Assembly: GCA_965207915.1 (NCBI GenBank) | Contig: OZ242304.1 | Span: 1,389,581 to 1,453,580, forward strand | DNA length: 64,000 bases | Direction: 5' to 3' | Source: Chloroflexota bacterium | Lineage (GTDB): Bacteria; Chloroflexota; UBA11872; VXNJ01 | Shown here: positions 37,120 to 47,275 of the stretch, one piece after another | Position numbering within the stretch: position 1 is the first letter of the stretch | How the letters are laid out: every line of letters starts with the position of its first letter | Notes under the pieces: generated by a model | The model's input: only the letters and a program-made list of their open reading frames with translations | The model's database searches: none | Told to the model about the DNA's origin: nothing | Program-made: the position numbers and the translations under genes

Positions 37120-40011
37120 TTGTTCACTAGTACAAAAATGCCTAACGAGTGGTCGGGGCAGGCTAGCCAATCACCATCGATTGATTTCACCGCGATGCTC
37201 GTTCAAAAGCGCGACGGTCGGGTCGTCTCTTTTGACATCAAACGCATTCGTGACGCAATGGCTAAAGCCTTTCGCGCCGATTTGGGAATGGCAATAGACC
37301 AGGAGTTGTCGGACGCGATTTCGGGAGAAGTCGACGCAATAACTCACGCGGTATTGCAAAAGATCTCAGCCAATGCCAGGACAGATGAGGGTGTTGAGAT
37401 TGAAGCGATACAAAATGCCGTCGAAGAGGAATTAATGAGGAGAGGCCACTATTCGGTGGCCAGATCCTATATCTTGTACCGGGCGGAACGGGCAAGATTG
37501 CGCGCGATTCGTCGGATCGTCAAACCGGCGGATCAACTCAAAGATCCGATATTAGTAACCAAATCGGACAAGACTCGTCAGCCTCTGGAAGTCGCTCGCA
37601 TTCGCGCGGAGTTGTTCGAGGTCTTTAGAGGACTCGATGGACATTGTTCCATTGATGACATTGAAGACGCAGTTTTTCTTTCGTTACACGACGGGATTTC
37701 CTCCGGAGACATCCAACGTGCATTGATTTTGGTTGCTCGTCAATGCATGGAAGCTGAGCCCGCGTACGATCGCGTAGCCACGCGTTTACTTTTGAGGCTC
37801 ATTTATCGAGAAGCGTTGGGCGCCGCTCCGACCATTACTGAACTTGACGAACCATATAGGGAAGGATTTGCTCCCTATTTGCGCGCTGGTGTCGAGGCAG
37901 GAAGAATCGATTCCAAGCTGTTGGACTTCGATCTCGAGCGCCTGAAATTGGCGTTGCGCGTTGACCGCGACGACAACTTCAGGATCCTCGGCCTGCAGAC
38001 CCTGTACGACCGGTACCTATTGCACGTCGACGGGCGCCGCATCGAGACTCCGCAATATTTCTGGATGCGGGTGGCGATGGGGTTAGCCCAAAACGAGGAT
38101 GACCGTGAGGCTCGCGCGATCGAGTTCTATGAAACACTCTCACGGTGCCTTTTCGTTTCGGCAACTCCGACGCTCTTTAATTCCGGCACGCCGCATCCCC
38201 AGCTCTCTTCTTGTTACCTCTCCACAGTTAGCGACGACCTGGAGGGCATATTTAAGTGCATCTCCGACAATGCCGCGCTTTCAAAGTGGGCCGGGGGCCT
38301 GGGCAACGACTGGACCCCGATCCGCGCCACCGGATCCCACATCAAAGGCACCAACGGCGAGAGCCAGGGCGTAATCCCGTTCCTCAAGATCGTCAACGAC
38401 ACCGCGGTAGCGGTGAACCAGGGCGGCAAGCGCAAGGGCGCTGTCTGCGCCTATCTGGAGACCTGGCATCTGGACATCGAAAGCTTCGTCGAACTCCGCA
38501 AAAACACCGGCGACGAGCGCCGCCGCACCCACGACATGAACACCGCCAACTGGGTCCCCGACCTGTTCATGCAGCGGGTGGCCCAGAACGGACGCTGGAC
38601 GCTGTTCTCGCCCGACGAGGTCCCGGACCTGCACGATCTTTACGGTAAGGCTTTTGCTGAGCGTTACGAGCACTACGAGCGCCAAGCTAATCGCGGACAA
38701 ATCCGCCGCTACAAGGAAGTCGATGCGCGGGATCTCTGGCGCCAGATGCTCTCGATGCTCTTTGAGACCGGGCATCCCTGGATCACGTTCAAAGACCCGT
38801 CAAACATTCGTTCACCGCAGGACCACGTCGGAGTCGTGCACAGCTCCAACTTGTGCACCGAGATCCTGTTGAATACCTCCTCCACCGAGACCGCAGTCTG
38901 CAACCTGGGTTCGCTAAACCTGCCCGCCCACACGACCCCTGAGGGAATCGACGAGAAACTGCTGGCCAGCACGGTTGCTACCGCAATGCGGATGCTGGAC
39001 AACGTAATCGACATTAACTACTATCCGACCCCGGAAGCCCGGCGCTCCAACACTGCCCACAGACCGGTCGGACTGGGCGTCATGGGCTTCCAGGACGCGC
39101 TATATATCCAGCGCATTCCCTACGCTTCGCAAGAAGCAGTCGAATTCGCCGACCTTTCCATGGAATTGGTTTCATACAACGCGATCCTCTCTTCATCGGA
39201 ACTTGCTTCAGAGCGCGGCCCATACCCTAGCTATCAGGGATCGAAGTGGGACCGCGGCCTGCTCCCGATCGACACCATCGATCTGCTGGAACTGGAGCGC
39301 GGTGAGCCGGTCGAGATGAACCGCGAAAAAACCCTGGACTGGGGCTTGGTGCGTTCGCGGATTAACCGCGACGGTATGCGCAACTCCAACGTCCTGGCCA
39401 TTGCCCCGACCGCGACGATTTCCAACATCGCCGGGGTCTCGCAGTCGATCGAGCCGATCTATCGCAACCTCTACGCCAAATCAAACCTCTCCGGGGACTT
39501 CACGATCCTTAACCCGTATCTGGTTCGTGACTTGCGGCGACTGGACCTATGGGACCAGCGCATGATCGAGGATCTGAAGTACTACGACGGTGTGCTTGCC
39601 GAAATCTCCCGGATCCCTGAGGAGCTGCGGCGTCTCTACCTGGCAGCGACCCAGATTGAACCGGCCTGGCTGATCGAATGCGCGGCCCGTCGCCAGAAGT
39701 GGATCGACATGGGTCAGTCGCTGAACCTCTACATCGCCACACCGTCCGGGAAAGCGGTCGACGAGATGTACTTCCTGGCCTGGCGGCGGGGCCTGAAGAC
39801 CACCTACTACCTGCGCTCGTTCGCCCCTACCCAGATCGAAAAGACGTCGATCGACATCAACGCCCGCGCCATCCAGCCGCGCTGGATGAAATCCGAGTCG
39901 GCCTCGTCCCGGATCGCGGTTAAGCGCGCCGAAGCCCCAGCCGAAGTCCGCTCCACCGTCAACGGGCTGGTGTGCGACCCGTTCGACGAGGAATGCGAGG
40001 CCTGCCAGTAG
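37120..40011 (+). CDS. nrdA: Ribonucleoside-diphosphate reductase large (alpha) subunit with two N-terminal ATP-cone domains
   Basis: 963 aa. ATP-cone ([20 protein letters not shown]) plus a second degenerate cone, the catalytic core PTLFNSGTP...SSCYL, a tyrosine dyad KTTYYLRS near the C-terminus (class-I-like) and C-terminal Cys residues ([12 protein letters not shown]). No nrdB is adjacent, so class II (NrdJ) cannot be fully excluded. Confidence 0.8.
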   Translation: MFTSTKMPNEWSGQASQSPSIDFTAMLVQKRDGRVVSFDIKRIRDAMAKAFRADLGMAIDQELSDAISGEVDAITHAVLQKISANARTDEGVEIEAIQNAVEEELMRRGHYSVARSYILYRAERARLRAIRRIVKPADQLKDPILVTKSDKTRQPLEVARIRAELFEVFRGLDGHCSIDDIEDAVFLSLHDGISSGDIQRALILVARQCMEAEPAYDRVATRLLLRLIYREALGAAPTITELDEPYREGFAPYLRAGVEAGRIDSKLLDFDLERLKLALRVDRDDNFRILGLQTLYDRYLLHVDGRRIETPQYFWMRVAMGLAQNEDDREARAIEFYETLSRCLFVSATPTLFNSGTPHPQLSSCYLSTVSDDLEGIFKCISDNAALSKWAGGLGNDWTPIRATGSHIKGTNGESQGVIPFLKIVNDTAVAVNQGGKRKGAVCAYLETWHLDIESFVELRKNTGDERRRTHDMNTANWVPDLFMQRVAQNGRWTLFSPDEVPDLHDLYGKAFAERYEHYERQANRGQIRRYKEVDARDLWRQMLSMLFETGHPWITFKDPSNIRSPQDHVGVVHSSNLCTEILLNTSSTETAVCNLGSLNLPAHTTPEGIDEKLLASTVATAMRMLDNVIDINYYPTPEARRSNTAHRPVGLGVMGFQDALYIQRIPYASQEAVEFADLSMELVSYNAILSSSELASERGPYPSYQGSKWDRGLLPIDTIDLLELERGEPVEMNREKTLDWGLVRSRINRDGMRNSNVLAIAPTATISNIAGVSQSIEPIYRNLYAKSNLSGDFTILNPYLVRDLRRLDLWDQRMIEDLKYYDGVLAEISRIPEELRRLYLAATQIEPAWLIECAARRQKWIDMGQSLNLYIATPSGKAVDEMYFLAWRRGLKTTYYLRSFAPTQIEKTSIDINARAIQPRWMKSESASSRIAVKRAEAPAEVRSTVNGLVCDPFDEECEACQ

Positions 40012-40099
40012 GCAGCCTCCCGGCGCGGTCCCGATCGGGACGGCCGGCAATTGATAAATACGCCGGCGCCGCGGGCGTTGGCCGATTGGGCCGTCGGCG

Positions 40100-40753
40100 G
40101 TGAAGGCCGTCTTCTGGGATCTTGACGACACCGTCCTGGACACGCTGTCCGGCCGGGCCGACGCCCTGACCGCAACCTATGAAGAATTCATCGGCGAGCG
40201 ACCCGACGCGCGCGAACTCTGGCGCATGCACCTGGGAGTCACGATTGAAGCGCTGGCCAAGGAGCTCACGGGCAACGACTGGCCGCGATTCGTCGAGCGC
40301 TACCGGGCAATCTATTACGCGAGCGAGGAACCGCTCGAGCCCTACCCTGGAGTGGTCGAGACCCTGGAGGCGCTGAGCTCCGACGGGCTGGAGATGGCCA
40401 TCGTTACCTCGAAGATCTCCTGGGGCGCCAGGGGCGAGTTGGAGCGCGCCGGACTGCTGGATTACTTTGCAGCCGTGGTGGGCTGGGACGACTGCGCAAG
40501 GCCCAAACCGGCGCCCGACCCGCTGCTGGTGGCAATGGAACGCACCGGGCAAAAAGAGCCGGCGCAGATCGCCTACGTGGGCGACGTGCCGACCGACGTC
40601 CAGGCCGCCCGCGCGGCCGGCTGCCGTGCAATCGGGGCGAGCTGGGGGTCGCTGGATCCGGAGCGGCTGCGAGCCGCCGAACCGGACCTGCTGGCCGAAC
40701 ATCCATCCGCGGTGCTGGCATACGTCCGCCGGAGTCGGCGGCCGATCGCCTGA
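40100..40753 (+). CDS. HAD family hydrolase (phosphatase)
   Basis: GTG start. Motif I DLDDTV, motif III K, motif IV GDVPTD. Confidence 0.7.
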   Translation: MKAVFWDLDDTVLDTLSGRADALTATYEEFIGERPDARELWRMHLGVTIEALAKELTGNDWPRFVERYRAIYYASEEPLEPYPGVVETLEALSSDGLEMAIVTSKISWGARGELERAGLLDYFAAVVGWDDCARPKPAPDPLLVAMERTGQKEPAQIAYVGDVPTDVQAARAAGCRAIGASWGSLDPERLRAAEPDLLAEHPSAVLAYVRRSRRPIA

Positions 40754-40906
40754 CGGCTGCGCCGCCGGTTCCGGGCCGGTTGGGACGCCCGCAATTGGGA
40801 TATCCTGCGGAAGCTGTCCCGTATCCGGCCCCTGAGCCGGCCGCCACCGGGCAGGATCCCGAAAACACTTCGGTCCGGCAGGGCACTGCGAGGTAAATGC
40901 AGTCCG

Positions 40907-42046
40907 ATGAATCCAGATATCGAACGCGTCGGCGACCTGCTCCAGCAGTTGGTTGCAATCGATTCGGTCAACCCAGACATGCCGGGCGGCGAGAGGGGCG
41001 AAAACGAATACGGCGATTTCGTGGCCGAATTCGGCCGGGATCTGGGCCTTGCGGTATCCCGCCAGGAGGTGGTCGACGGGCGGGCCAACGTGCTGCTCGA
41101 ACTTGACGGCGGCCACGAACGCACGCTGCTTTTCGACATCCACCTGGATACCGTGCCGCAGGAAGGCGATCTGGGCAGCGCCCGACTGGTGCGCGACGGA
41201 GGACGGATCTACGGACGCGGCGCCTGCGACGTCAAGGGCTCGATGGTCTCGGCGCTGTTCATGTTTGAGCGTCTGGTCCGCGACCCGCCGCCGCTGAACG
41301 TAGCCCTGGCGGCGGTCGTCGACGAGGAGTACCGCAAGCGCGGGGCGCATCATATGGCGGCCGGTATTTCCCCCGACGCGGTGGTCGTGGGTGAGCCAAC
41401 GTCACTGCAGCCGGTAATCGCCCAGAAGGGCATCCTGCGATTCGCGATCGAGGCGGCGGGCAAATCGGCCCACACCGCCAATCCCGAACTGGGCAGCAAC
41501 GCGATCTACTCGATGCTGGACGCCATATCCGTGCTGCGCGCGCTGCCGCCGGAGGTCATGCCCGATGCTCCGCACCCGCTCTGCGGCAAGGGGCAGCTGA
41601 CGGTTTCGACCATATCCGGCGGGGTCCAGGTAAACGTGGTCCCGGCCAGCTGCCGGGCGATGGTCGACCGGCGGATGCTGCCCGGCGAGGATCCCATGGC
41701 GGTCTGGGCGGCGTTCGTCGAACTTTTCTCCGGGCGGGAAGCAATCACCGTCGGGGAGCCCTATGCAGCCGAGGCCGGCGTCGAGTCCGGCCCCGAGGCG
41801 CCGATCGTGCGCGCCGCCGCCGCCGCCTGCGGCAGGCTGGGCCGGACCGAATTGATCGGGGTTCCCTACAGCACCGATGCGGCCGCCTACGCGCCGTTGG
41901 GACGCGATTTCGTGGTCCTGGGTCCTGGCGACATCGCCCAGGCGCACTCCAACCGCGAATACGTGGAGCTCGCCGAAGTTTCCGCCTGCGTGGGGGTGTA
42001 CGAAGATCTGGTACGGTCGTTTGCCGAGGAGGATGGCAGAGGTTGA
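40907..42046 (+). CDS. M20 family metallopeptidase (ArgE/DapE-like deacylase)
   Basis: Motifs HLDTV, GACDVKG and the dimerisation domain. 379 aa. Confidence 0.8.
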   Translation: MNPDIERVGDLLQQLVAIDSVNPDMPGGERGENEYGDFVAEFGRDLGLAVSRQEVVDGRANVLLELDGGHERTLLFDIHLDTVPQEGDLGSARLVRDGGRIYGRGACDVKGSMVSALFMFERLVRDPPPLNVALAAVVDEEYRKRGAHHMAAGISPDAVVVGEPTSLQPVIAQKGILRFAIEAAGKSAHTANPELGSNAIYSMLDAISVLRALPPEVMPDAPHPLCGKGQLTVSTISGGVQVNVVPASCRAMVDRRMLPGEDPMAVWAAFVELFSGREAITVGEPYAAEAGVESGPEAPIVRAAAAACGRLGRTELIGVPYSTDAAAYAPLGRDFVVLGPGDIAQAHSNREYVELAEVSACVGVYEDLVRSFAEEDGRG

Positions 42047-42264
42047 TCGATCCAGCCGGCGCGCTCGTCTCCGATCTGCGCGCGATCGCGCGCCTGACCG
42101 ACGAACTGGCCGGCGGGTCGGCACAGGCCGCCGCAGAGCTGCGGGCGGCTATGGCCAGGGTCGAGGAACAGGCCCGCGCGTGCGAGGATCGGCAGCTGCG
42201 CCACTTCCTGCAAAAGCACAGTTACGCCAAAGCGCTAGAGTACCTGGAACTTTCGACCACCTGA
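42043..42264 (+). CDS. Small hypothetical protein (73 aa)
   Basis: Overlaps the M20 stop by 4 nt. Predicted helical, no recognised domain. Confidence 0.3.
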   Translation: MIDPAGALVSDLRAIARLTDELAGGSAQAAAELRAAMARVEEQARACEDRQLRHFLQKHSYAKALEYLELSTT

Positions 42265-42302
42265 AGCGCGCGTCCCGCCGGGGACGGGGTTGAGCGGTCT
42301 CG

Positions 42303-43055
42303 CTAGAGGGCGATTAGCTCGCGGGCCAACACCAGGATGCTGGTGATCACGATCACCGTCACCACGAGTTGGCGGAACCGTCGGGCGTTCATGTGGCGGG
42401 TCAGCCGCACCGCCAACAGGTAACCGACCGCCACCATCGGGGCGGCGGCGACCACCAGCAGGAGGCGCTCGCCGGTGAACAGGCCTTCCAGGTAGTAGCC
42501 GGCCAGGGCCACGCCGTAGGCGACGGTCGAAAAGTAGGCCACCGCCGCCCGCAGCTCCTGCCGGCCCATGCCGCTGCCCAGGAAAAAAAGCACGATGATC
42601 GGGCCGCCGATCGAGAGGCCGGAGACCAGGGCGCCGGTCAGGAATCCCAGCAGCGGGCCGGTGATCCGGGGCTTGGGAACCTTCCTCTGTGGGTTGGTGA
42701 TGATCAGGACCGTGACCACCAGGACGAGCAGTGCGATGCCGATCCGCAGGTAGGTCGGATCCAATTCGCTCAGCGCCCACACCCCGATCGGGGTGCCTAG
42801 TACGCCGGCCAGGACCATCGGCGTTAACTCGCGGATTCGCAGCCGGGCGCGGGTTTCAATTAGAACCAGCGCGAATGCCAGCACGGCCACCGAATTGACC
42901 ACGGTGACTACCGTCTGCGGGTCCAAAAAGAGCAGGAGGAAGGGGGTGGTGGACAGGGCGAACCCGAATCCAATCGCTCCAATCGTGAATCCGGCAAGAG
43001 TGAGAACTAATGCGGTGCTTGCAATCTCGACCGGCCCGATCACTTCTACGCCCAC
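42303..43055 (-). CDS. TauE/SafE family sulfite exporter (DUF81)
   Basis: 250 aa, about 8 TM helices, internally duplicated 4-TM halves with a GxxxG-rich pattern typical of TauE. Confidence 0.75.
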   Translation of the reverse strand: MGVEVIGPVEIASTALVLTLAGFTIGAIGFGFALSTTPFLLLFLDPQTVVTVVNSVAVLAFALVLIETRARLRIRELTPMVLAGVLGTPIGVWALSELDPTYLRIGIALLVLVVTVLIITNPQRKVPKPRITGPLLGFLTGALVSGLSIGGPIIVLFFLGSGMGRQELRAAVAYFSTVAYGVALAGYYLEGLFTGERLLLVVAAAPMVAVGYLLAVRLTRHMNARRFRQLVVTVIVITSILVLARELIAL

Positions 43056-43722
43056 CGCGTTCGAAAAGCTGAATCTATCTTTGTGCTTCGAATCTTGAAA
43101 GTGGCGGAAACTGACCGCCCGAAACTAGCCCAATTCTGGTCAGGAATCGCAAAGCAACTTGCGGAATTCGCAGTTCATCGGGCTCACAAGATTTCAGCTT
43201 GACTAGCAAGAGTCACTGCCTCGCCGTATCGGTGGCGTGGATTGAACCATGAAGTCGGTTGAATCTAGGTCAAATTGGGCCAACTGAATAGCCGTGTTTG
43301 ATATTTCGCCGCCAAATCTTGAGATCTGGAGGTAATTCGAGCGGCAGTTATCGTCTCCGAATTTCCGCCCTTCTTTCCGCGGAAATGGCGATCCTGGTAT
43401 TCGCTACACGGTGCAATCTGCGTCAATCTCACGTTTGGAGAATTGCGCGCCGTGCGCTGAATAGATTTGTCGTGCCACTTGGAACTGTCGGCTTCGTGAA
43501 ACCACTGACGCCGTGGAAACCGAAAGTCTTAAGAATTACGCAGGGTGCAGCCGAAGTGGTCGGCCTGACACAAAATGTAGGAATAGAGTCGCAAATTGCG
43601 CGGCCAGGCACCCAACTGATGGTGGGTGCTCTTCACCGGAATTTTTGATCCCGTACAATCGGAGCCCGGCTTTTTTGGAGTATTTGAAACCGGGTGTTCG
43701 GATGCGGAGAGGAGGTGAAAAG

Positions 43723-43854
43723 ATGACCGATCGACGAGCTGGTAAGCGGGTTCCGCACGTGCCAAGCAAGGGCGGCGCGCAACCGCGCGCCCGAAACAAT
43801 GACGGCACGTGGCGCCGGAAACGTTCTGACGCCGGTAAACCAAGGCGCAAATGA
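43723..43854 (+). CDS. Candidate small basic protein (43 aa, pI>12)
   Basis: Strong SD GGAGAGGAGGTG 7 nt upstream of the ATG. MTDRRAGKRVPHVPSKGGAQPRARNNDGTWRRKRSDAGKPRRK. Lies inside the AT-rich island. Only this C-terminal part of track ORF 43513..43854 has translation signals. Confidence 0.3.
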   Translation: MTDRRAGKRVPHVPSKGGAQPRARNNDGTWRRKRSDAGKPRRK

Positions 43855-44310
43855 CGCCTCTCGCAGGAAACTTGGCGGGCCCGAATACTTAAGCGTGCCA
43901 ACCAATTACCCGAATTAATCAGGTACGGTTCGACACCAATTAGGGTGACTCGCCACGTATAGGGTCCACCAAGCCCTGCGGCAACCCATACGCCCAATGG
44001 GAAACATTGGGAAATGGCTGCGATTCAATTATGGTTACCGCTGGACCAAACGGCGGCACGATGTGATCAGCGAATCGAAGCGCTATCGTAAATCGCCACA
44101 AACAAATCTTGATGTGGCCATTGCGAATCGCAATCGGAACCGAAGTCTGCAACCGTTGGAATCGATTTGACGGTATTGCCGGGCCCGCGATTTGAGTCCA
44201 TCCAATCCTGCTGCAAAGCGGCCAGATTGTTGGAAGATGCGGGGAATTACTCATCAATGCGGACATTGGCCCTAACGAATTAAGCAACTACAACTAATTA
44301 GGAGTGATTT

Positions 44311-44664
44311 GTGGAAGTCACTACTGGCGTATCAATCTTGGTCGGCGCTATCTCCGCGCTGATTTCGATATTTGCAATCTGGTTGGCATATTCGGCCAAA
44401 TCGGAAAGTTCGGCGAATTTCGAAAAAGCACAGCGAGTGTTAGCTGAAATTGACAAGAGGGCAGCAGTTACCGAGGAGGTCGTCGCAGAACATCAGCGCG
44501 AACTAATGGACACGGTTCGACAACTGGTGATTCCGGCGAAACCCGACGTGGGCGAGATGCTTGGCGCAAAGTTCCTTGAGTCGATCGTGCAAGACCCTGA
44601 TCGCTTCATGAAAATGATGCCGATGTTGGAGCGATTTTCAGAACGGAAACAACGGGACGAATAA
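44311..44664 (+). CDS. Hypothetical membrane-anchored protein (AT-rich, likely acquired)
   Basis: RBS AGGAGTG 6 nt before the GTG. N-terminal TM helix. Its GC content is far below the genome background. Confidence 0.5.
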   Translation: MEVTTGVSILVGAISALISIFAIWLAYSAKSESSANFEKAQRVLAEIDKRAAVTEEVVAEHQRELMDTVRQLVIPAKPDVGEMLGAKFLESIVQDPDRFMKMMPMLERFSERKQRDE

Positions 44665-44814
44665 CCCCGTTGATTGCGCAGTGTCGTCTAGATACATGCA
44701 TGCCAAATGGCACATGACTTTACGAACTACGAGCATGTTGGGATTTCGCGAATTGATCCGATTTCCATTTGTGGATTGTTCGGCAGCGGATTTCGACGCG
44801 AGGTAATCCCTAGC

Positions 44815-44852
44815 ATCGAATCGCCCGGCAGAATTCTGCCGGGCGATTCGAT
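44815..44852. repeat. Perfect 38-bp palindrome ATCGAATCGCCCGGCAGAATTCTGCCGGGCGATTCGAT
   Basis: Read directly. 17-bp arms around a central GAATTC. Located between the convergent 44311 ORF and the MFS transporter, so it is a likely bidirectional terminator or a protein-binding site. Confidence 0.7.
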
Positions 44853-44903
44853 TGATGCGCTCAAGCGACTCGGATTGCACTGGCTACCCAGTTGCCCCAG
44901 TCC

Positions 44904-46187
44904 TCAGATCGACTTGAGCAGCGCCACGTCGTCCTGCAGGGGCCGCAGGATCAGGGCGGCGGCGATCATGAAAAGCGCCATCACCAGGTAAACGATCGTG
45001 AATCCGTGCAGCTGGCCGCCGCGGTTGCCCAGGTCGAGCACTATCCCGGCCCACAGGGTCCCGACCGCGTCGCCGCCGGCGCCGGCGAAATTGGCCAGTC
45101 CCAGATAGAGTCCGGCGCTGTTGGGGTTGGGGATCTTGTCGATCAGCAGCGCCCAGTCGCCGGCCGAGAACGCGCCCAGCGCGAACCCCAGCATCACCAC
45201 CGCAAATCCCAGCGCCGCGATGTGCACGATGAAGGCGGCGCAAATAGAGCCCACGCAGCCGCAGGTGCAGGCCACGTAGACCACCGTCTTGCGCCCGAAA
45301 CGGTCGCCGATCACCCCCGCCGGCCAGGCCGAAGCGATCGTGGCCAGGAGCAGGAGTCCGAGCAGGATCGAGGACCACTGCCCGGGGTTATCGACCTCCA
45401 GGCGGTCGCGCAGGTTAAAGAGCAGGGTGTTGTCGGCAGCCAGTATGGCCCCGAAGAAGACCAGCCGCGAGGCGACCACGCGGACGAACGCGGGCTGGGC
45501 TTTCAGGTAGGAAATGACCTGCCCGAACTCGCTGCGCAGCGGGGGCTGCGGCGCCGCCGGCGCGGTCGGCCCCTTGGGGATTAGCAGGAACGCCAGCAGC
45601 CCAGCGAAGGCGACCGTCAGCCCGCCCACGAACACGAAGCCGCCCGGATTGCCGGCATCTAGGAACACCCCGGCGATGGTGGCCCCGATGACGGTGCCGC
45701 CGATGTTCAGGATCCCGTTGATCGAGGATGCGCGTGCCATCTGGGTGGTCCCGACAAGGTCGGGCAGCACGCCCTTTATCGCCGCCCGCGAGAAGTTCTC
45801 GGAAATCTGCTGGCAGAGGATCAGCGCCAGCAGAGCCAGGTAGGTGGCCGTCAGCGACATCAGCAGCACGAACACCGCGGTGCAGATCGCGCCCAGGATC
45901 AGCATCGGCCGGCGCCGGCCCCAGCGCGACCAGGCCCGGTCCGAGATCCCGCCGGCCAGGGGCTGGACGATGATCGCCGCGGTCACCCCGACCGCGGTGA
46001 TGACCCCCAGCATGGTGCCCTTGATGTCGGGGCCGACCAGCTGCTCGACCCGGTCGGGCAGGTACACGATCGCGAACCCGCCCCAGAGCAGCGAAAGCCC
46101 CAGCCAGTAAATGTTGAGCCGCACCAGCATCAGCGGCGAGAGCGCCTGCCGCGAGGCGTAGGCCAGGGCCGCCGGCGAAACCGACAT
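44904..46187 (-). CDS. MFS transporter
   Basis: 427 aa, 12 predicted TM helices, with the MFS loop motif GGISDRWGRRRPML. Confidence 0.8.
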   Translation of the reverse strand: MSVSPAALAYASRQALSPLMLVRLNIYWLGLSLLWGGFAIVYLPDRVEQLVGPDIKGTMLGVITAVGVTAAIIVQPLAGGISDRAWSRWGRRRPMLILGAICTAVFVLLMSLTATYLALLALILCQQISENFSRAAIKGVLPDLVGTTQMARASSINGILNIGGTVIGATIAGVFLDAGNPGGFVFVGGLTVAFAGLLAFLLIPKGPTAPAAPQPPLRSEFGQVISYLKAQPAFVRVVASRLVFFGAILAADNTLLFNLRDRLEVDNPGQWSSILLGLLLLATIASAWPAGVIGDRFGRKTVVYVACTCGCVGSICAAFIVHIAALGFAVVMLGFALGAFSAGDWALLIDKIPNPNSAGLYLGLANFAGAGGDAVGTLWAGIVLDLGNRGGQLHGFTIVYLVMALFMIAAALILRPLQDDVALLKSI

Positions 46188-47275
46188 TAGTCCAGGAAGC
46201 CGGTCTGGGCGTTATGGCGCAGCGCCTGGTCGATGAGGACCAGGGTGCACATGGCCTCTACGATCGGCACCGCCCGCGGCAGGACGCAGGGGTCGTGGCG
46301 GCCGCGTCCGCCGAATTCGACTTCGTTGCCGTCATCGTCGACGGTGCGCTGGGCCTTGAGGATCGTGGCGGTCGGCTTGAACGCCACCCGGCCCACGACG
46401 TCCTCGCCGTTGGAGATTCCGCCCTGGATCCCCCCGGAGCGGTTGGTGCGGGTCCTTACCCGCTGTTCCTGCATGTAGAACTCGTCGTTGTGGGTCACCC
46501 CGGACAGCCGAGTGCCGGCAAAGCCGGTACCGATCTCGAACCCCTTGGCCGCCGGCAGCGAGAGCATCGCCCGGGCCAGCTCGCCGTCGAGTTTTCCGAA
46601 CACCGGCTCGCCCAGTCCGGGCGGGACCCCGCGGCAGACGAATTCGACCACCCCGCCCAGCGAGTCTCCGTCCTTGCGGGCCTTATCGATCCGCTCGTAG
46701 ATAAGGGCGGCCGCGCGCGCGTCGGGGACCCGGGTAGGACTCAAATCGACCGTCTCGCGCGAAATGCCGGCCATGTCCACCGGGGACTCTATATCGGCCA
46801 CCTGCTTGACGTAGGCAACGACCTCTATTCCGTACCTGACCGCCAGCAGCTTGCGGGCCACCGCCCCGGCCGCCACCCGCCCGATCGTCTCGCGCGCCGA
46901 GGCCCGTCCGCCGCCGCGCCAGTTCCGGATCCCGTACTTGGCCTGGTAGGTGTAGTCGGCGTGCGAGGGGCGGTAGATGCGCCGCATGTACTCGTAGTCC
47001 TTGCCGCGCGCGTCCTCGTTGCGCACCACGATTGAGACCGGCGTCCCCAGGGTCACCCCGTCGAACACGCCCGAGAGGATCTCGGCGCGGTCGTCCTCGC
47101 GCCGCTGGGTGGTGATCCGGCTCTGGCCGGGCCGGCGGCGGTCTAGGTCGGGCTGGATGTCGTCGGCCGAGAGCTCAAGGCGCGGCGGGCAGCCGTCGAT
47201 TACCGCCCCGACCGCCTCGCCGTGCGACTCGCCCCAGGTGGTGACCCGGAAAGCCTGACCGAAGCTGTTGCTCAT
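46187..47275 (-). CDS. aroC: Chorismate synthase
   Basis: [12 protein letters not shown]-terminus and conserved AroC signature regions (GGRSSARET-like, RHDPC). Confidence 0.9.
   Translation of the reverse strand: MSNSFGQAFRVTTWGESHGEAVGAVIDGCPPRLELSADDIQPDLDRRRPGQSRITTQRREDDRAEILSGVFDGVTLGTPVSIVVRNEDARGKDYEYMRRIYRPSHADYTYQAKYGIRNWRGGGRASARETIGRVAAGAVARKLLAVRYGIEVVAYVKQVADIESPVDMAGISRETVDLSPTRVPDARAAALIYERIDKARKDGDSLGGVVEFVCRGVPPGLGEPVFGKLDGELARAMLSLPAAKGFEIGTGFAGTRLSGVTHNDEFYMQEQRVRTRTNRSGGIQGGISNGEDVVGRVAFKPTATILKAQRTVDDDGNEVEFGGRGRHDPCVLPRAVPIVEAMCTLVLIDQALRHNAQTGFLD

Noticed and set aside
43513-43854. 113-aa track ORF in the AT-rich island
   Set aside because: Only the C-terminal 43 codons are preceded by an SD. 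The N-terminal part has no translation signals or homology.
44707-44991. 94-aa plus-strand ORF spanning the 38-bp palindrome
   Set aside because: It runs through the palindrome into the antisense of the MFS transporter, with no RBS and no homology.
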